A stretch of 64,000 nucleotides of DNA, taken from a virus. The stretch lies in IMG/VR virus record IMGVR_UViG_3300049893_001204, positions 1-64,000 of that record; one strand, 5' to 3'. The notes below the pieces were generated by a model. That model was not told where the DNA came from. It searched no databases and saw only the letters and a program-made list of their open reading frames with translations. The position numbers and the translations under genes are program-made. Shown here piece after piece: positions 46,368 to 54,284 of this stretch (positions within the stretch are counted from its first letter, which is position 1; each line of letters begins with the position of its first letter).

Positions 46368-46632
46368 CACTAACAGAAGGATTAGCTAGGTCATTCGGAT
46401 TGATAATCACTTGATTAAAGATCCGAATGTCCTTTACTAAACCTTTAATAATTCCTTGACGTTGAGTGGCAATCCTCGCCAAGAGGGTTGCCATCTCTTT
46501 TAGTTCACTAACGGAATTACATTCAGCAATGGAGCGTTTGATCTTTTCTTCCCAGAACTTATCATCAATTGATGGTTCAATTTCAAACGCATGCAATGGA
46601 GTGTACTCAAGTTCTTGTGTAGATTCTTCCAT
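46339..46632 (-). CDS. nblA: NblA-like phycobilisome degradation adaptor
   Basis: PSIDDKF..KIKRSI..SVSELKEM..LLARI..RQGIIKGLVK aligns by eye with the NblA helix-loop-helix; own TAGAAT at 46655-46660. Confidence 0.55.
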   Translation of the reverse strand: MEESTQELEYTPLHAFEIEPSIDDKFWEEKIKRSIAECNSVSELKEMATLLARIATQRQGIIKGLVKDIRIFNQVIINPNDLANPSVSVSSDQNPHQ

Positions 46633-46684
46633 TGTTTATGTAATTGTTAGTGACATTCTACTCAAAAACAATCAGAGATTCAAA

Positions 46685-46888
46685 ATGAAACCTGAAGAAA
46701 AAGCTGCATTACAGACAGGTGCCATTGCTGCTGGGCTAGGAAGCCTAGTAGCTCTGGTCGTAAGCAGCCCCATTACCTGGGGTGTGCTGGCCTACGGCAC
46801 CTATCGAATCAGTCGTCAGGCGTACCAGCGGACCAAGTACCGTGGTAAGCTGAAGCCTATCCCTGAGGAAGACACCTGGGGGATCTGA
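46685..46888 (+). CDS. Small membrane protein
   Basis: MKPEEKAAL... followed by a hydrophobic segment. Confidence 0.55.
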   Translation: MKPEEKAALQTGAIAAGLGSLVALVVSSPITWGVLAYGTYRISRQAYQRTKYRGKLKPIPEEDTWGI

Positions 46889-46924
46889 TTCCAACTCAAC
46901 TCAAACCACAACACACTATTAGCC

Positions 46925-47866
46925 ATGACAACTGCTCAACTTACAGAACTCAATGAAGGTCAGAAACTTATCTACACACGCACGAATATTGGCCGTGCGT
47001 TCCATGGGTTTGATGACACCGAAATTGCTGGCATTTATTTGCGAGATGATGATTGTTGCGTGGTGCGCCGCGATGGTAGCCAGCAGACTTACAACAGGGA
47101 ACTGATAAGAAAAGCTTATATATGCCACAAGGGTAGGCTTAAGGATTTCTTTTCATATTTAGGTCCTAACTATAGGGGTCCTAGCATATGGCGTAACAAC
47201 GCCTATGTTCTTTTCAAAGGATGGAACTATGTCCATGCACTCGGACACACAACACCCAACGCAAAGTTACAAAACCACTGGGCAGACAAATTTATACACC
47301 TATCAGATCAACACAAACTCACAACCCTCCTTCAATCTGACCAAACAGACCTGGGGCATCTGGTTGCGCCGGACGGGTTGCGGTCTACAGATCGGCCCAT
47401 TGATCTGGACTCTGAGTTGGTGGAAGACGAGAGTACCCTTCCGACATGTGAACCTTGGTGTTCATGCGGGTCCTTTCAGCGTCAGCTCCACAATCTTCCT
47501 CTGCTCAGACAAGAAGCAGAAGGAATCATGCCCTGGTGCATCCACCTGAGTTGGTTTATTAAGTACAGGCAACTGCTATGCAAGCGCACAGAGGTACGTA
47601 ATGCAGCACCATCTGGTACACCAGATAAATGCGTGGCTTGGTTTTATGCTCCACCGGTAGATGCAACCAGTGACGGTAAGTTTGTATTGCTGCATACCAA
47701 GCATGGGTCACAGGCACCGCTAACACACTGGCGTACCTACAAGAAAGATGAAGTCTTTACGCAAGCTGATGCATGGGCTTTGTTTGACAGTATGCTAGAT
47801 GCTGGTTATGTGCCATACCCTGGCACTTCTTTGCCACAACTTAAGACTGCACTCAAGAAACAATGA
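46925..47866 (+). CDS. SWIM zinc-finger protein
   Basis: WCSCGSF...PWCIH. Confidence 0.6.
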   Translation: MTTAQLTELNEGQKLIYTRTNIGRAFHGFDDTEIAGIYLRDDDCCVVRRDGSQQTYNRELIRKAYICHKGRLKDFFSYLGPNYRGPSIWRNNAYVLFKGWNYVHALGHTTPNAKLQNHWADKFIHLSDQHKLTTLLQSDQTDLGHLVAPDGLRSTDRPIDLDSELVEDESTLPTCEPWCSCGSFQRQLHNLPLLRQEAEGIMPWCIHLSWFIKYRQLLCKRTEVRNAAPSGTPDKCVAWFYAPPVDATSDGKFVLLHTKHGSQAPLTHWRTYKKDEVFTQADAWALFDSMLDAGYVPYPGTSLPQLKTALKKQ

Positions 47867-48030
47867 CACCAACCCAACGTTATGATCTGGACATTCCAGA
47901 AGACACCCATTGGGCACTTGTTAAGTTAGCTGCAGAACTTAAGATGCATCATGAAGACTATGCACAAAACATTCTGATTGGTCATGTCGAACACGAATTG
48001 GATCGACAAGCTGCAGCTAACAACGATTGA
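47863..48030 (+). CDS. Small ribbon-helix-helix-like protein (55 aa)
   Basis: RYDLDIPEDTHWALVKLAAE...YAQNIL; ATGA coupling. Confidence 0.45.
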   Translation: MTPTQRYDLDIPEDTHWALVKLAAELKMHHEDYAQNILIGHVEHELDRQAAANND

Positions 48031-48184
48031 AGAACCTGATGGGTCTTTGACAATTCAGATTGACTGGGATCCAGAAGATCCGGAGTTAGCTCTTTGGACT
48101 TCATGGGGTGAGGAAAAACAAAAACAACTTTTCCTCGATGCTTTAACCAAAACTCTTGACAAGGAAATTGACAATGACTATTGA
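47984..48184 (+). CDS. Hypothetical protein
   Basis: EEPDGSLTIQIDWD. Confidence 0.55.
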   Translation: MSNTNWIDKLQLTTIEEPDGSLTIQIDWDPEDPELALWTSWGEEKQKQLFLDALTKTLDKEIDNDY

Positions 48185-48512
48185 TCAGTATGGCTTGAAT
48201 GATCCAGAGTATACCAAGCTGTTCCTTAAGAATGCAGATCAACTAATTGATCTGTACTATAGGTTTAGCAATAAGCTAACGGCTGGTTACCAAATGGGTG
48301 TGCCAGAGGATGTTAAGCGTCAGCTCTTTGATGATGTTGTTTACAGAACCAATGACTGCGCTCGTGAGAAACATAAAGAAGAACATCCTGAAAGCATTGA
48401 ACTATATGTAAGTAATACAGAGTTGAAGAAAGAGATTGATTCTCTTAAAACAATTCTTCTTAATTTAGTTGAAGTATTGATTGCAGCCGAAGAAAATAAA
48501 CCGATGGAATAA
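48174..48512 (+). CDS. Hypothetical protein
   Basis: 112 aa. Confidence 0.55.
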   Translation: MTIDQYGLNDPEYTKLFLKNADQLIDLYYRFSNKLTAGYQMGVPEDVKRQLFDDVVYRTNDCAREKHKEEHPESIELYVSNTELKKEIDSLKTILLNLVEVLIAAEENKPME

Positions 48513-48516
48513 TAGT

Positions 48517-48545
48517 GCGTCCTGGTCATGACGTTAAACTGACCA
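48517..48545 (+). repeat. Pseudoknot family B, copy 5
   Basis: GCGTC-C-TGGTCA-T-GACGT-TAAAC-TGACCA. Confidence 0.85.
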
Positions 48546-48571
48546 CAACCCATCTCAATTAAATCAAGTTC

Positions 48572-48691
48572 ATGTTTGAATCCATCCTTGGTGCCATTGC
48601 TCCAGTGCTTAAAGATTTGCTGTGGGCTGCAGCTGGTATGCTGCTGTCCTACTGCATCAACAAACTCCAAGCTCACTTCAACCTCATCTGA
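48572..48691 (+). CDS. Small hydrophobic peptide (39 aa)
   Basis: MFESILGAIAPVLKDLLWAAAGMLL...; directly follows element B5. Confidence 0.5.
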   Translation: MFESILGAIAPVLKDLLWAAAGMLLSYCINKLQAHFNLI

Positions 48692-48694
48692 GTC

Positions 48695-49393
48695 ATGACA
48701 CAAATTACTTCAACAAAACTCAATACGCTAAACATCATTCAGCTCTATGAGCACTATGCTGCTCTGGAACGCTCTCTTCCTTTGCTCACTCCTCAGTCCC
48801 AGGAGATGGCAAAAGCAGAGCTGGAAATTTGTGCTAACCTCCGATCAGAAAAGATTGATCGCATCCATTACGCAATGGCATCCCATGAAGATGCTATTGA
48901 ACGCATCAAGAAAGAATCAGAGATGATTGCGGATTCCAAACGCCATCACGAATCTCAAATCAAGTCTCTCAAGGGATTGCTAAGCTGGTTACGTCGCGCT
49001 CTGCCCAACGACTCCAATAAAATTACAGGGCGCAACTATCAGTTCACCTTAGTCAAGAAGAAGGAGTTAACCGTTGAAGTCACGTCGGACCCTAACCTTT
49101 GGGACACTGAACAAAAATCTAAATTCTGCATCGAACAAGAAACAACCACAACTAGAAGAACCGTGGTACGTTCAATATCAGGAGAAGTCCTATCCGACAG
49201 GACAGAACCTAAAACCAAACTTGAAATCCTCCCTAACGTCGATGCAATCCGTAACGCCTACCAAACCGGGCAACAACTACCACAAGGAGTCAAAGTTGCA
49301 CAAGAATATTCCATCCGTACACGACGACTTTTCTCCAACCGGTTGGAGATGGATGCATCCGAATATGCAGGAGAACTTCTACCAGAAGCTTGA
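48695..49393 (+). CDS. Siphovirus Gp157-like protein
   Basis: EKID...IKKE...coiled coil, KITG..YQFTL, DAIR.A...G..LP.GV. Confidence 0.75.
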   Translation: MTQITSTKLNTLNIIQLYEHYAALERSLPLLTPQSQEMAKAELEICANLRSEKIDRIHYAMASHEDAIERIKKESEMIADSKRHHESQIKSLKGLLSWLRRALPNDSNKITGRNYQFTLVKKKELTVEVTSDPNLWDTEQKSKFCIEQETTTTRRTVVRSISGEVLSDRTEPKTKLEILPNVDAIRNAYQTGQQLPQGVKVAQEYSIRTRRLFSNRLEMDASEYAGELLPEA

Positions 49394-49646
49394 ACCTCCT
49401 GTTGACATCGAAGATGCACGCATCAAGATGGCATGTCATAACCACAGCGTAGAAGACTTTGATCTACAGCTGGAAATGAATGCTCTTGAGATGGGTATGC
49501 TATGCGATGGTGCTGAGCCCCTCCCTTACCAACAAGATAAAGCAGAGGATCTTGAACAAAAGAAACTTAAGCTTCTTCTTGGTAAACGTTTTCATCAGAA
49601 CGCAGCACGGTGTTACTGGTACTGGATTGCTAAGTCTGAAAAATAA
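49353..49646 (+). CDS. Hypothetical protein
   Basis: MHPNMQENFY... Confidence 0.55.
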   Translation: MHPNMQENFYQKLEPPVDIEDARIKMACHNHSVEDFDLQLEMNALEMGMLCDGAEPLPYQQDKAEDLEQKKLKLLLGKRFHQNAARCYWYWIAKSEK

Positions 49647-49682
49647 CTTCACATACAATTGAATAATACATAGAGGTGTACC

Positions 49683-49943
49683 ATGGCTGATGAAAACCTG
49701 ATCCGTTTATTGGCAGGGTTCACCAGTGATGGTACACCCCTTTCTGCAACGATTGGTTCCAAGATGGAGCATGGTGTTGTCATCTTGACAGCTGCCATGT
49801 TAAGCAATGAAAACCTTGCTGCATCTATGGATGCAGAAGAGATGGTTGATGCTGCTGTTACTTACTACAATCTCATTCAAAAACGACTTGGTTACTACCA
49901 GGAATGTCAAGCACATTCTTTAGAGCGTCTCCTAAACAGCTAA
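49683..49943 (+). CDS. Hypothetical protein
   Basis: TACAAT -10 and GAGG SD. Confidence 0.6.
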   Translation: MADENLIRLLAGFTSDGTPLSATIGSKMEHGVVILTAAMLSNENLAASMDAEEMVDAAVTYYNLIQKRLGYYQECQAHSLERLLNS

Positions 49944-49978
49944 TTACTGCTATGGTAAGAGGGTCTTAAATCCTAGCG

Positions 49979-50179
49979 ATGGATCCAATTCCTGTACCAA
50001 AGCTTACCGTCTCCTTTGCTGTTGAGGTAGACATTGAATACAACTCGTTTGGTGGTCGTACCAAACAAGACATTGCTATTGCTCTAGCAGATGATGTCGA
50101 AAACCTTATCTATGAGGTAACACCAGACATCAAAGCTGTTTTTGTTTCTATTACTGGAATTGATTCCGATGACAACTGA
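49979..50179 (+). CDS. Hypothetical protein
   Basis: 66 aa. Confidence 0.55.
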   Translation: MDPIPVPKLTVSFAVEVDIEYNSFGGRTKQDIAIALADDVENLIYEVTPDIKAVFVSITGIDSDDN

Positions 50180-50471
50180 TCTTAAAACAAAACTTAATAC
50201 TGCTGGTGCTTTTGATACCCCCTGGCTTAAGGAGCAACTCCTTAGGTGGGACGCAAAGGCCGAGCAACGCAAGGCAGACTTCACCGAGCACATGTACCGC
50301 TGCAGTAACAGGACAGACCCCGCTCACCCCATGCACAGCCTCTACACAGGCCTCTGGCATGACTTCTGCATCCGTGAAGCAGGGCCCATCATGCGTGATA
50401 GGTTCTTTGAAATGATGGCAGCCATTGACCTTTATGAGCAAGGTCTGCTGACACCAGAGCTTGCTTCTTAA
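50169..50471 (+). CDS. Cyanophage hypothetical protein
   Basis: EHMY.CS.R..P.HPMHSLYTGLW. Confidence 0.6.
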   Translation: MTTDLKTKLNTAGAFDTPWLKEQLLRWDAKAEQRKADFTEHMYRCSNRTDPAHPMHSLYTGLWHDFCIREAGPIMRDRFFEMMAAIDLYEQGLLTPELAS

Positions 50472-50531
50472 GGTTTCTTTCTTGCACATCTTGTTAGGAC
50501 GGGCCACCATAGTGGAACGTCCTTCCTACTT

Positions 50532-50927
50532 ATGGAATCTACTGACCCCGGCTGGACTAAAAACGCACCCATGGATGCGATTAAAGATTGGCAAATCTGG
50601 TACAAACAACACCGCGTTGTTGCTGAAATGGATGAGCCCCTGGTAACAAAAGACTCACGCGAAAAACTTCATGACACCACTAATGCAACTAATTCTCAAT
50701 TAGAGGATTGGCGTTCCAGCCTTGGGTACCAAGATTGTTATTTCAAGTCAGCTGTTGAGCACTTTAGTGATACGTTAGCTGAGTTTGCTAATGAACTTAC
50801 TGCTGCTCAAATGTATGAAGCTTTCTTGTATGCTGCAATGGATTCAGTAAAACAAATAAAACAAGACTATGAGAATGCTCAAGAACTTGTTGATCTGATT
50901 AAAGGAGAAAAAAACAATGACAAATAA
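50532..50927 (+). CDS. Hypothetical protein
   Basis: 131 aa. Confidence 0.6.
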   Translation: MESTDPGWTKNAPMDAIKDWQIWYKQHRVVAEMDEPLVTKDSREKLHDTTNATNSQLEDWRSSLGYQDCYFKSAVEHFSDTLAEFANELTAAQMYEAFLYAAMDSVKQIKQDYENAQELVDLIKGEKNNDK

Positions 50928-51189
50928 ACCTGTAATTATGAACCCTATTCCTTACCCAGAATGGGTTTGTCATACCTGTGGCATGGACTTTGGTGGCTGG
51001 TATAAAAAAGGTGTGTACACTGGACCAACACATCACTGCTCAACACACCACATGGGTACATGTGGTGTTTGCGGTGCAACAGATGTAAGTGTCACAGAGC
51101 CCAGGGACTATGGTCACCTGCGTAAGGACTGGCGACATGCTGCCTATGAAGCTAAGAAAAAATCAACCCCCAGCAGCAAGGCTGAATAA
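50917..51189 (+). CDS. Zinc-ribbon protein
   Basis: WVCHTCG...STHH.G.CGVCG...TEPRDYG. Confidence 0.65.
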   Translation: MTNKPVIMNPIPYPEWVCHTCGMDFGGWYKKGVYTGPTHHCSTHHMGTCGVCGATDVSVTEPRDYGHLRKDWRHAAYEAKKKSTPSSKAE

Positions 51190-51504
51190 AACTGTTGCAT
51201 TGGTACCACCTGCTTCTGATACAAAGACAGGTTGAACGTATTTAACCGGGTGGTTTGCTACGTTGTAATGGGTGGTGCCATTTGCAGTAATAGTTTGGTT
51301 TGCAATAACCTTAGACCAATTGGTGCCATCAATTGAACCATTTAGTGCCACAACAACGTTGGTATCAACTGTTGCAACGGTAACAAACAATACATAGTTC
51401 TTGGTTACAAGCTTAGGCGGTAGTTGTACTACAGTCGATACACCAGATGCAGGTGCAGTTAAAACTGGATAGTTAATGAATAGATTTTCTTCTTGGTTAG
51501 CCAT
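51163..51504 (-). CDS. Beta-sandwich putative virion protein
   Basis: VVALNGSIDGTNW; TAGAAT upstream. Confidence 0.55.
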   Translation of the reverse strand: MANQEENLFINYPVLTAPASGVSTVVQLPPKLVTKNYVLFVTVATVDTNVVVALNGSIDGTNWSKVIANQTITANGTTHYNVANHPVKYVQPVFVSEAGGTNATVLFSLAAGG

Positions 51505-51543
51505 AACACCATTGGTTTTTACTCATTCTAATTGAATGACTAG

Positions 51544-52362
51544 TTAAAACTTATCCAACATGGAGTTAACATACTTGCTAGTCCAATCTTGTACTTCCTT
51601 TGTTTTTTGTTGGAACGATGGATCAAGAGCTAACCCTAAAGGTGTTCCTGTTTGCCTAGCAAAAATTCTTGTTGCTGGTTGATCCAAAGCATCTGTAGGA
51701 TTTGTAGTTTGATATTGTGGAATGCTTAAACCATAAATGTCTTGAATAGTTTCATCTGCATAAGAGGAAGGATAGCCTTTAAACCATGGATCTGTTTCAA
51801 AAGATTTAGTGTCAATTCCTAGATTAGGATTTAATGATGCATATTCTCTTACTGTTTTTGCACCATACCGCTGAGCTTCTGTTTCAGCTTTTACGTTTGG
51901 TTGTATTTGATTGGTAAAAAGATGTTGTAAATAATCTGTTGGTGTGTCAAAAAATCTTGTTTGAGCAGTTCTTTGTTGGGCATTTAACATGCGTAAATCT
52001 GGATCTCTGGTATGACCAACTTCATGCGCTAATGTCTCATAGCTTGCTCCTGGTGCAAGGAACACGTTACGTTCATTGCTTTTGTTTGGTGGGTTAAATA
52101 GGCCACCAGTAGGATGCTCTGGAAAAAATGCCCCGAGTGTATTTGGATTTCCTTGTGGAAACTGTTGATTGAATGGTTGAACAATGATATTTTTTCCGGT
52201 TTTATTCTGTAAGTAGTTTAAGTAATTACCAAAATCATTGGGTGTTATTTTTGTGCCTGTTGCAGGTCTTTCTTTAGAAAGAATGTTTTCTAGAAAGGGG
52301 TTAAGACTAACTGCAGTATCTCTAACAAGATTAGAAACACCTCTAAGATTTGGAGCTACCAT
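51544..52362 (-). CDS. HExxH zinc metallopeptidase-like protein
   Basis: TLAHEVGH ... ETEAQ. Confidence 0.6.
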   Translation of the reverse strand: MVAPNLRGVSNLVRDTAVSLNPFLENILSKERPATGTKITPNDFGNYLNYLQNKTGKNIIVQPFNQQFPQGNPNTLGAFFPEHPTGGLFNPPNKSNERNVFLAPGASYETLAHEVGHTRDPDLRMLNAQQRTAQTRFFDTPTDYLQHLFTNQIQPNVKAETEAQRYGAKTVREYASLNPNLGIDTKSFETDPWFKGYPSSYADETIQDIYGLSIPQYQTTNPTDALDQPATRIFARQTGTPLGLALDPSFQQKTKEVQDWTSKYVNSMLDKF

Positions 52363-52434
52363 CTAACATGTTGCCATTATGTTTATTTTAATTGCATTAC
52401 TTCAGTGATAAACTTGTATTAGTGCAAGAAATCT

Positions 52435-52986
52435 ATGTATACCCCTGCTCCTCAAGCGCCTGCTCAGCCTGAACTTACTGTTGTTCAACAGTTGCCGCAA
52501 GAGCAAGCAAAGCCCAAGGCTCCTGCTAAATCCAAAGGGACTGATGTTGGATCCTTTATCCAGCAGTGCATCTCTCTGTGCTCGTATCTAAAGGATCTTG
52601 AGACCCAGAGTCACTTAATCCATTTAAACTACGAGGGTGCAAACTTTCTTGGGGTGCATGCCTTCCTTAAAGAGCAGTATGAAGCGCACCTAGAGCAGTT
52701 TGATACCCTTGCTGAGTTTGTACGCAGCATGGATTACCTGATGCCAATGTGTGGTTGTGGTTTAGCTGATGCTTCTCCAGGGCTCCAGAAAGTAACTAGC
52801 TATAAAGGTAATGATCAGCTAGCGGTGTACTACAAGAATCTTGAAGAGTTAGCCAATAAAGCTAAGAAATTAGAACCTATTGCTGCCAAGGTAGGTGCTA
52901 TTGATATCCAAAACTACATGGCAGATCTTGTTGGTCAAGCTTTTAAAGCCGCTTGGTTTGTTAAAGCTACTTTGAGGAATGGGTGA
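52435..52986 (+). CDS. dps: Dps/ferritin-like protein
   Basis: HLNYEGANFLGVH..L.EQYE....FDTLAE..R, W near the C-terminus. Confidence 0.8.
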   Translation: MYTPAPQAPAQPELTVVQQLPQEQAKPKAPAKSKGTDVGSFIQQCISLCSYLKDLETQSHLIHLNYEGANFLGVHAFLKEQYEAHLEQFDTLAEFVRSMDYLMPMCGCGLADASPGLQKVTSYKGNDQLAVYYKNLEELANKAKKLEPIAAKVGAIDIQNYMADLVGQAFKAAWFVKATLRNG

Positions 52987-54071
52987 TGAATTTATTCCAG
53001 AAACTATTAAATACATATAGACGTGCTGATAAATCTTTGGGTGGCTGGTTGCCAGGTGGTGGAACTGCTAATCCTTTAAGCAGAACAGTTTCTAGTATTA
53101 ATCCTCAAGATGCACTTGGTTATTTGGTAACAACAACAGCTCAACCTGTTCAATCAAGAATAAAGAGAGAAGTCCAAAACATTGCTAACTCAGGTAGCTG
53201 GGGAACAACGCTTAGAGAAGTGCCAAGACTAATGTCTGCGGCAACTAAACAAATGAATCGACTTGGTCTTCCTGGTGTTTGGTCTACAGATTTTGCAAAC
53301 ACAACACCAAAAAATTTAGGACAAGGAACGCTTCCTGCTGGAGTTCGAGTTGATGCAACTGGTGCTTATAATATGTTCTCAAGTATGGGTCCGCATTATG
53401 ACATTGAAGGTAAAGTTGTAAGTACAGGTCCAAGGACTCCTTCGTGGATTGTTGCACATGAATTAGGACATGCTGTTGACGTAGCAAGACGACCGCAAAA
53501 TTTTGCATTTATTAACAACCCAGATATTTTTAAATCAGTTATAAAAAATGAACCTTTACGACAAGCATCGCCAGGTGCATTGGTAGTTGGAGCAGGTACA
53601 CTTAAAGATTCAAATCAAGATCAATCATTATTAAGTGCAGGCATCGAAGGTGCTTTAGCTGGACTTGGCGCTGGCCAGCACATATTAAATGCAGAAATAC
53701 AAGCCGATCGTCATGGCATGCCAATAGCAAGAAGAGCAGGTGTTCAATGGAATCACCCACAGAATCTATGGGCTAAAGGAAGTTATGTTTCAACTTTTGC
53801 ATACCCAGGATTTGCTCAAGGAGTTATAGGTGAATTAGGAAACCGTGCTGTTAATACAATAGGTGGGTTATTTAATGCAGCAACCAGGGCTTTAAAAGGA
53901 CCTGGTCTTTCGGAAACAGAACAAGCCTTAACAAAATACGGATACAATCCACTAGAATATAAAATGGAACTAAACAATAATGAAGTAAGACTAAACAGAC
54001 GAAGCAGACAAGAACAAGCCTTGTATGATTTTATAAGCAATCCAGAACAAAAGGTTCAAAAAGGATATTGA
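52983..54071 (+). CDS. HExxH zinc metallopeptidase-like protein
   Basis: IVAHELGHA ... EIQADRHG. Confidence 0.6.
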   Translation: MMNLFQKLLNTYRRADKSLGGWLPGGGTANPLSRTVSSINPQDALGYLVTTTAQPVQSRIKREVQNIANSGSWGTTLREVPRLMSAATKQMNRLGLPGVWSTDFANTTPKNLGQGTLPAGVRVDATGAYNMFSSMGPHYDIEGKVVSTGPRTPSWIVAHELGHAVDVARRPQNFAFINNPDIFKSVIKNEPLRQASPGALVVGAGTLKDSNQDQSLLSAGIEGALAGLGAGQHILNAEIQADRHGMPIARRAGVQWNHPQNLWAKGSYVSTFAYPGFAQGVIGELGNRAVNTIGGLFNAATRALKGPGLSETEQALTKYGYNPLEYKMELNNNEVRLNRRSRQEQALYDFISNPEQKVQKGY

Positions 54072-54088
54072 TTTACTGAATAACTACA

Positions 54089-54202
54089 ATGGCTAAATCT
54101 AAAAACAAAAAGAAGAAAGGTGCAGCAGCAAAGCAAAACGCTAAGCAGAATGCTGGCAATGCTACGGCCAAGAAAGCAAAGAATGGTGGGAAAAAGAAAT
54201 AA
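54089..54202 (+). CDS. Lys/Ala-rich microprotein (37 aa)
   Basis: MAKSKNKKKKGAAAKQNAKQNAGNATAKKAKNGGKKK. Confidence 0.5.
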   Translation: MAKSKNKKKKGAAAKQNAKQNAGNATAKKAKNGGKKK

Positions 54203-54284
54203 ATTAGTGAGTTTTCATCCAGTCCTGCCCTTCTCTAGCTTCACCAGTAAAAGGACACCTTAACTTGAAGAAGAAGTAGAAACC

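Noticed and set aside
27525-48545. Repeats interpreted as a CRISPR array or integron attC sites
   Set aside because: Copies are separated by whole genes rather than 30-40 nt spacers. No RYYYAAC/GTTRRRY boxes, and no cas or integrase gene in the window.
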